This document shows positions 26,345-32,000 of a stretch of DNA of 32,000 nt, in pieces (positions within the stretch are counted from its first letter, which is position 1; the number at the start of each line of letters is the position of its first letter). The notes below the pieces were generated by a model, which saw only the letters and a program-made list of their open reading frames with translations, ran no database searches and was not told where the DNA came from. Made by a program: the position numbers and the translations under genes. The stretch lies in NCBI RefSeq assembly GCF_000299365.1, contig NC_018655.1, positions 600,001 to 632,000 of the forward strand, given 5' to 3'. This stretch comes from Candidatus Nitrosopumilus koreensis AR1 (GTDB lineage: Archaea > Thermoproteota > Nitrososphaeria > Nitrososphaerales > Nitrosopumilaceae).

Positions 26345-27625
26345 ATGGTCTTTGGATGGGGAAAAAAGAAACAAGAAGAAAAACCCGTAGAGGAAATTCC
26401 TCAAACTAAGGAGGTTGCCTTGTCTGATGTGGGAGATATTGTGGCTGATTTGGAAAAATTAAGAGAATCACAAACTGTCTCTGAAGTAAAACGTCTCAGA
26501 AATAACACTGCCCCATTAATTGATGACTTGATCAAAGTTGGAAATATGCTTGAAAAAGATACTCTAAATGTTGATGATATTGATAAACATCTTGCAATAA
26601 TTGTAGTTCGAGGAAAAAAACAGGTGATCAACATGATAAAGAAGGGTGTTGTGTCTCTACCTGAAATCTCTTCTATTGATGATGCAAAAAAACTCGATAT
26701 GTCTTTGAACCAACTGCTCAAAAAAGTCGGTGATGTTTTAGGGCGTCAAACTAGGGTCATCCATATTTTTGCCAAAAAATATGCTGCTCAACTAAAAGAT
26801 AATCTTGAAGTGATGAATCAAAACCATTCTGATATACATAACATTCTTCAAAATTTTGAGAACACAAAATCCAATTCTGAAGAAATTTCCAATGCCTTGA
26901 AAAAAATTAACACTCTCAAATCTACTAAAATAGAAAAAATCCAAAAAATTACTGACACAAATAATGAATTGGAATCTGCAAAGGAGCGTCTAGCCTCTTT
27001 AGAAAAATCAATTGAAGAAATAAAATCATCTGATAATTACAAAAAATATGTTGAATCAAAAAACGCTCTTAAGTTATTTGAAAATGAAAAATCAAAAATC
27101 AAAGATGAAATCAACACCCAGTTTACAAAAATATCAAGACCGCTTGGACGATATGAGTATGCTTCCTCTTTAGACAAAGAACAAAAAACTATTTTGACAA
27201 AGTTATTGGAAAGTCCATTCGATGTCCTAATTCCTGAAAACCGGGACTCGATAATTGTAATTTTGGAAAATGTTCGAAAAGGCATTGTTTCAGATTCCAT
27301 ATCTGTAAAAGATGTTGATAAGACGCTGTCTCAAATTACTGAAATTGAAGAATCTCTGGATGGATTTATCTCTCAAGTTTCAGGATATTTTCAAAAACAT
27401 CAAAAAATGCAAGATGAATTAAATTTACTGCGCTCTGAAAAACTAATCTCTTTGGAAACAGAATTAGAAAAAGTGTCTGATTCTAAGGATGATCTAGAGC
27501 TAAAATCTGAAACATTTCAAGGCGAAGTTGATGAGATAGATTCTACTATTCCACAACTTGTGTCTGAAATAGAGAAAAAATTACGTTCATTTTCTAATAC
27601 AAAGTACACTGTTTTGATGTCTTAA
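26345..27625 (+). CDS. Coiled-coil protein (426 aa), function unknown
   Basis: Long K/E/L/I-rich helical sequence throughout. N-terminus MVFGWGKKKQEEKP. No nucleotide-binding motifs. Confidence 0.75.
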   Translation: MVFGWGKKKQEEKPVEEIPQTKEVALSDVGDIVADLEKLRESQTVSEVKRLRNNTAPLIDDLIKVGNMLEKDTLNVDDIDKHLAIIVVRGKKQVINMIKKGVVSLPEISSIDDAKKLDMSLNQLLKKVGDVLGRQTRVIHIFAKKYAAQLKDNLEVMNQNHSDIHNILQNFENTKSNSEEISNALKKINTLKSTKIEKIQKITDTNNELESAKERLASLEKSIEEIKSSDNYKKYVESKNALKLFENEKSKIKDEINTQFTKISRPLGRYEYASSLDKEQKTILTKLLESPFDVLIPENRDSIIVILENVRKGIVSDSISVKDVDKTLSQITEIEESLDGFISQVSGYFQKHQKMQDELNLLRSEKLISLETELEKVSDSKDDLELKSETFQGEVDEIDSTIPQLVSEIEKKLRSFSNTKYTVLMS

Positions 27626-27656
27626 AATTAAATTAGTTCAAAACTCCAGAGACATC

Positions 27657-28055
27657 ATGTTATTCAAAAAGAAGAAATTTGAACGTAAGGTGATACTTCA
27701 AAAAGATGTACTTGATAGCATTTTGTCTTACTGCCAAATGAAGCACCCTAATGAAGGAATTTTAATTCTAAAAGGAAAATCAAAAAACGGAGAAATTAAC
27801 ATTGATGGACTAGTAATTCCACCATTTAATTACACTGGACCTACTTTTGCAGGATTCCCGCATTCCTTCTTGCCATTTGATATGAGCTATGTTGGAATTG
27901 TTCACTCACATCCCAGCGGTTCTGCAGAACCATCTGTTACTGATTTACATAATTTCTTTGGACTAGTTTCAATAATTGTAAAATCTCCGTATTCTGATGA
28001 TTCTGTTTTTGCATGGGACAGTGGTGGTAATGCAATCCCAATTTCAATAAAATGA
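27657..28055 (+). CDS. Minimal JAMM/MPN+ metalloprotease (132 aa)
   Basis: Complete JAMM motif: the upstream Glu in PNEGILIL, then HSHPSGSAEPSVTD (HxH-x7-S-xx-D). Confidence 0.9.
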   Translation: MLFKKKKFERKVILQKDVLDSILSYCQMKHPNEGILILKGKSKNGEINIDGLVIPPFNYTGPTFAGFPHSFLPFDMSYVGIVHSHPSGSAEPSVTDLHNFFGLVSIIVKSPYSDDSVFAWDSGGNAIPISIK

Positions 28056-28128
28056 TGTTTTGAAATTCAAATGAGGTGTCACAATACTGACAAAACTTTA
28101 TAAGGTTTTTGAAGGTACTTTCATTGAA

Positions 28129-28455
28129 TTGTTTAATTACAAGACTTATTTGATATTCTTATTTGCATCACTTGCAATCAGCATTGGATTGCAGATGGTC
28201 TTGCCATTTCCATATGGCTTGGGGGCTGCACTTGCAATATTTATCGCATTTCCACTAATCTTGAGAAGACGATACATGAACCGTATGAGAGGTTATGGTG
28301 GCAGTGATTCTGGCACTGGCGGTGGTGGATTCTTTGGAATGGGTTCACAAGGCGGTTCTGGTGGTGTTCGTTACGTTTGTCTTGTGTGTAACAACAAACA
28401 CAAAGGTGGATCTTGTCCACGATGTGGCTCCAAGATGCAACGTGCGGACTTTTAG
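28129..28455 (+). CDS. Membrane-anchored zinc-ribbon protein (2 TM, Gly-rich linker, CxxC...CxxC)
   Basis: Two hydrophobic helices, GYGGSDSGTGGGGFFGMGSQGGSGG, then CLVCNNKHKGGSCPRCG. TTG start. Confidence 0.65.
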   Translation: MFNYKTYLIFLFASLAISIGLQMVLPFPYGLGAALAIFIAFPLILRRRYMNRMRGYGGSDSGTGGGGFFGMGSQGGSGGVRYVCLVCNNKHKGGSCPRCGSKMQRADF

Positions 28456-28460
28456 AAAAA

Positions 28461-28772
28461 ATGTCCCTTAATGAAATTTCTCAAAAAGTAATCTTTCATA
28501 ATTCTGTTGATGTCTGGATTTCTGCATGTAATGAAAAAAACAAAGATTGGACAAATCCTGAAGAATATAAAAAATTCATAGCGTATTTGCTAAAAAATAA
28601 TCTTAATCTCAAAGCTTTCAACCTTTGTACTCATGAAGCAGGTGCAACTGAAGAAGAGAAAACAAAATTCACTGAAATACTGGCACAAACAAAAGAAACT
28701 GATCCAAACTCCAAAACATATACCATTAAACTAAATGATTCTGCAATAGATGTTATCAGAAATTATTTCTGA
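28461..28772 (+). CDS. Hypothetical protein (103 aa)
   Basis: ATG 28461 lies 5 nt after the upstream stop. The tracked start 28413 would overlap the previous gene. Confidence 0.55.
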   Translation: MSLNEISQKVIFHNSVDVWISACNEKNKDWTNPEEYKKFIAYLLKNNLNLKAFNLCTHEAGATEEEKTKFTEILAQTKETDPNSKTYTIKLNDSAIDVIRNYF

Positions 28773-30140
28773 TTATCTTTTTAATTTCGGGTTGACAATT
28801 GCATCTAGTGCATTTCCTATAAAGACAAATGCCAGCCCTGCTATTGCAATCATTATTCCTGGTGGCATAATCCACCACCACAACCCTCTTGCTGCTGCGC
28901 CAAACGTATTTGCATCATGAAGAATATGTCCCCACGTTGGAAATGATGGGTCTCCCAATCCTAGGAAACTAAGGCCAGCTTCTGTGGTGATTGCAGCTGG
29001 CACTGATATTGCGATACTGGCAAACGCATACGGAAGTAATTGGGGCAAGATATGTTTGAATACTATTTTGGAGTTTTTTTGTCCCATCATGTTGGCTGCA
29101 TCAACATATCCTCTGGTTTTAATCTGCAAAGACATGCTTCTTGCAACTTTTGCAATGCCTACCCATCCAAAAATCATTAAAAATCCAACTAGCACAAATA
29201 TGCTATTGCTGATTGTGACTGACAAAATAATAAGAAACGGAAGTGCTGGTAATGCATAGATTACGTCATTAAAACGCATCATGACTTCATCTGTTTTTTT
29301 ACCCTTGAATCCCGCATAGACTCCATACAGCAAACCCATTATCACTGATGCAATAGATACTACTAAACCGATGAATAATGCAAGAGGTGTTCCCCATAAC
29401 AATCCTATTGTAAGGTCTCGTCTTAATTCATCAGTACCCATCATTCCAAATGCCTTTCCACCGATGATTAATTTTGATTCATGAGTTTTAATCTCAGAGT
29501 TGACAGAATATGTGTCCACTGAGAAAATATAGTTTCCTTTGAGTGGTTCATTTGTATTTGTTTTTGAAAATACAATGTCTTCAGCTGACAATCCATCTAA
29601 ATCAAAATCAAAATTCTCTGATTGCAATACTAAATTCTTCTTTATTGCACTATCCGTTGAAAAAATTCTTTCACTGTGAATTGTTTTTGTATCTGAATAC
29701 GGTAATGACGTTGATAGTAATTCTAGTTTAATTCCATCTGGTCTAGTCACTGACATTTTCAATAATACTGATTCAGAATACTCTGATGAGAAAACATAGA
29801 TAAAGTCATTTGGAAAAGACTTGTAGTCAAAATTTACTCCAAACTTGTGCGATGATAACATGATCTCGCCTTGTGAGTTTGTTTGAATTGTTGGTGTTTC
29901 AAGAATTTTGTGTTCTGGAATTTTTTCAGTCATGAAGATATTTACCCAAACAGGAATTGCAACTTTTGGATACAGTATCCAGTTTCCTGGATTGTTCCAT
30001 TCTTGAAATGTCTCTACTGGAATGGCAATTATTGCAATAATTGATGTTGCAACAAGAATGATTAGAATAGAAATTCCGGCAATTCCTATTTTGCTTCTAA
30101 GAAACTCTTCTTTGATTTCTTGTGGGGTGATACTGCTCAT
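28773..30140 (-). CDS. ABC transporter permease, DppC/OppC type, with ~200-aa extracytoplasmic insert after TM1
   Basis: GTDELRRDL motif and the EAA-loop region TEAGLSFLGLGDP. Confidence 0.9.
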   Translation of the reverse strand: MSSITPQEIKEEFLRSKIGIAGISILIILVATSIIAIIAIPVETFQEWNNPGNWILYPKVAIPVWVNIFMTEKIPEHKILETPTIQTNSQGEIMLSSHKFGVNFDYKSFPNDFIYVFSSEYSESVLLKMSVTRPDGIKLELLSTSLPYSDTKTIHSERIFSTDSAIKKNLVLQSENFDFDLDGLSAEDIVFSKTNTNEPLKGNYIFSVDTYSVNSEIKTHESKLIIGGKAFGMMGTDELRRDLTIGLLWGTPLALFIGLVVSIASVIMGLLYGVYAGFKGKKTDEVMMRFNDVIYALPALPFLIILSVTISNSIFVLVGFLMIFGWVGIAKVARSMSLQIKTRGYVDAANMMGQKNSKIVFKHILPQLLPYAFASIAISVPAAITTEAGLSFLGLGDPSFPTWGHILHDANTFGAAARGLWWWIMPPGIMIAIAGLAFVFIGNALDAIVNPKLKR

Positions 30141-31192
30141 GAACCTGTTCTCACCCTTGGATCAAAGTATCCGTACAGCAAGTCTGCAATGAATATGCTC
30201 ACTAGGAAAAATACTGTTAGAATGTATGTTGCTCCAATAATTACAGGCAAGTCCATGACTGTTATTGCCTCAAAGTACAATCTTCCCATTCCTGGCCAGT
30301 CAAATACAGCTTCAGTAATAATTGCCCCTCCTAGAGAACCTGAAAGACTCAGAGCTAAAATCGTAACAATTGGTGGTGCTGCATTTTTTAATGCATGTGT
30401 GTAGATTATCTTTTTTTGTTTAATACCAATTGTCTTTTTTGCCATTATGAAGTCTTCTTGCATTATTCCCACCATGAAGTTTCTTACAAGATATGCCCAG
30501 GACCCAAATCCTATCATTACAATTGTGATTAACGGCAATGCCATGTGGTACAACAATGAACCAATGTATCCTGGATCTGATGATGGAATGTCTGGTGTTG
30601 CCCTTGCTGGAAATATCTGGTATGTAAAGGCAAACAAAAATATCATTAGCATTCCTATCCACCAAACAGGAAAACTGGAACTGATAATTGCAAAACTTGA
30701 TGTGATTCTGTCTATGACAGAGCCAACCTTGTTTGCAGATAATGCTCCTATGAATATCCCAATTATTGAAATTATTATTGTAGCTGTTGTAAATAGAAGA
30801 ATTGTTCGTGGAAGTTTCTCAAATATGATGTCCTTTACATCTGATGATCCTTCGTCACTGGTAAGAAAAGTGGCATGACCAAAATCAAGCAATAAAATTT
30901 TGTACATTGTAATTCCTATTCTTTGAGGTGAATACCACGGCTCATCTAACCCTAAAATTTTGATTCTTTGGTCGATTTGACTTTGTATGAATCCTTCAAA
31001 CTCATCAACTGATGAAAAACTTTCTGCAATGGCAGGATTCTCTGTTATCTCTGATCTGACCTGAAACACTATTCCCTGTTTGAGGATGGTGTCCATGTTT
31101 GAGCCAACTAGTGCAATTGTGATTAGCAGTGTAATCATTAAAACTCCAAACATTGTTGCCAACCGTGTTGCAACATATCTTTTCATGCTCAA
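30137..31192 (-). CDS. ABC transporter permease, DppB/OppB type
   Basis: N-terminus KRYVATRLATM and ITEAVFDWPGMGRL, typical of DppB. ATGA overlap with the downstream permease. Confidence 0.92.
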   Translation of the reverse strand: MSMKRYVATRLATMFGVLMITLLITIALVGSNMDTILKQGIVFQVRSEITENPAIAESFSSVDEFEGFIQSQIDQRIKILGLDEPWYSPQRIGITMYKILLLDFGHATFLTSDEGSSDVKDIIFEKLPRTILLFTTATIIISIIGIFIGALSANKVGSVIDRITSSFAIISSSFPVWWIGMLMIFLFAFTYQIFPARATPDIPSSDPGYIGSLLYHMALPLITIVMIGFGSWAYLVRNFMVGIMQEDFIMAKKTIGIKQKKIIYTHALKNAAPPIVTILALSLSGSLGGAIITEAVFDWPGMGRLYFEAITVMDLPVIIGATYILTVFFLVSIFIADLLYGYFDPRVRTGS

Positions 31193-31245
31193 TAAGACAA
31201 AATACGAAAATCAGTTTATAATCATTTGAAATGAGTAAAATAGTT

Positions 31246-31303
31246 TGACGAGAGTGAAACGAACTCTAGGCACAATTCCGGGCAGAAAAGCAGTCTCTCG
31301 TCA
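31246..31303. other. 9-bp perfect inverted repeat with 40-nt GC-enriched loop in a divergent spacer
   Basis: TGACGAGAG (31246-31254) / CTCTCGTCA (31295-31303). Confidence 0.25.
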
Positions 31304-31386
31304 TTATAGTATAGTAGTAAAGTTATTTAAGAATTTATGAACATATTATTCTAAAAAATTATAATTTGGAACCCTGCTGGTAAAAT

Positions 31387-31686
31387 ATGGTAAATAGCGG
31401 CAAGAATCATTTCTTTGATCCTGATGAACTGGCACTGACAAAACCTGAAATTCTGGAATTTTGTGATAAGGTTATTAAAAAATGGAGCAAAAACCCTTCA
31501 AAAAACGCCAAGAACATCATTGCAATGAATGCAGTAAAGGCTAGCGTCTTGTGGACTGACGATGAATCTCTCAAAGCTATTTGGAGTGAAATTATTTTGT
31601 GGACATCTGAGCTTCTTTATGAGAATGCATTGGCACAAGATAACGAGTGGGCAAACATGCTAAAAAAATTAAAGAATAAAAAATGA
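31387..31686 (+). CDS. Hypothetical protein (99 aa)
   Basis: ATG-initiated ORF, helical, W-rich, no motif recognised. Confidence 0.5.
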   Translation: MVNSGKNHFFDPDELALTKPEILEFCDKVIKKWSKNPSKNAKNIIAMNAVKASVLWTDDESLKAIWSEIILWTSELLYENALAQDNEWANMLKKLKNKK

Positions 31687-31705
31687 CTTTGATCATACTA
31701 TTACA

Positions 31706-31948
31706 ATGAGCGCAAATACAATTAGAAAAGCCAAAAAACTAGTTGAAAGTGGTGGTGTTTCAAAGATTGACGATGATCTTTTTCAAATAAAATCTTCATC
31801 TGATCCCGACAAATCCTATTTTGTTACATCTGATACTTGTGAATGTCCTGGTTTCAAAAATTTTTACAAATTCCATCATGGAAAGGGACTAAAAGCAAAT
31901 TGCTCTCACTTGGAAGCAATACGAATATTCAAAAAAGAAAACTCTTAA
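31706..31948 (+). CDS. Small SWIM-type zinc-finger protein
   Basis: CxC-x(n)-CxH pattern: TCECPGF...NCSHLEA. Confidence 0.7.
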   Translation: MSANTIRKAKKLVESGGVSKIDDDLFQIKSSSDPDKSYFVTSDTCECPGFKNFYKFHHGKGLKANCSHLEAIRIFKKENS

Positions 31949-32000
31949 AATTATTTTATTTTAGATGCATCAACTTTTCCAACATATGCCTTGTTTTTTG

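Noticed and set aside
28413-28460. Upstream extension of the 28461..28772 gene as given in the track.
   Set aside because: It would overlap the zinc-ribbon gene by 43 nt in another frame. The ATG at 28461, 5 nt after that gene's stop, is the more economical start.
1-32000. Search for CRISPR arrays, IS elements or transposases, integrases, and a tRNA-flanked island next to tRNA-Ser.
   Set aside because: I saw no regularly spaced direct repeats, no transposase or integrase-like ORFs, and no duplicated tRNA 3' fragment. The genes flanking the tRNA look like ordinary small chromosomal genes.

Overview
This is an AT-rich, gene-dense archaeal chromosomal segment. The gene content and codon bias suggest a Nitrosopumilus-like thaumarchaeon; this is inference only, as no database search was possible. 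The supporting genes are CdvA, proteasome beta subunit, FEN-1, DRG GTPase, class-I ArgRS, TrmI, a long ThyX-like protein, AMP-forming acetyl-CoA synthetase, homoserine dehydrogenase and MsrB. I count about 45 protein genes and one tRNA-Ser(CGA). I saw no rRNA, CRISPR, IS or prophage signatures, and most of the window is ordinary housekeeping. Five things stand out. (1) A 437-codon ORF has 71 uninterrupted collagen-type G-X-Y triplets. Its 3' end runs into a frame-broken 33-nt repeat that on the opposite strand encodes a K/R/A/P-rich basic peptide. (2) Four ORFs fall below the 60-aa track cutoff and were translated by hand: a 58-aa zinc ribbon packed behind a DUF504-DRG pair, a 46-aa RHH regulator, a 45-aa CxxC peptide with a His/Cys tail, and a 58-aa helical ORF. 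(3) The 9784-10155 spacer holds a roughly 100-nt three-way-junction RNA-like element, and other spacers hold smaller GC-enriched hairpins. (4) A coiled-coil / JAMM-MPN / membrane zinc-ribbon cluster has no known function. (5) Several genes have obligate TTG or GTG starts. I found no clear-cut defence island or mobile element, so all novel-system candidates are flagged as inference.
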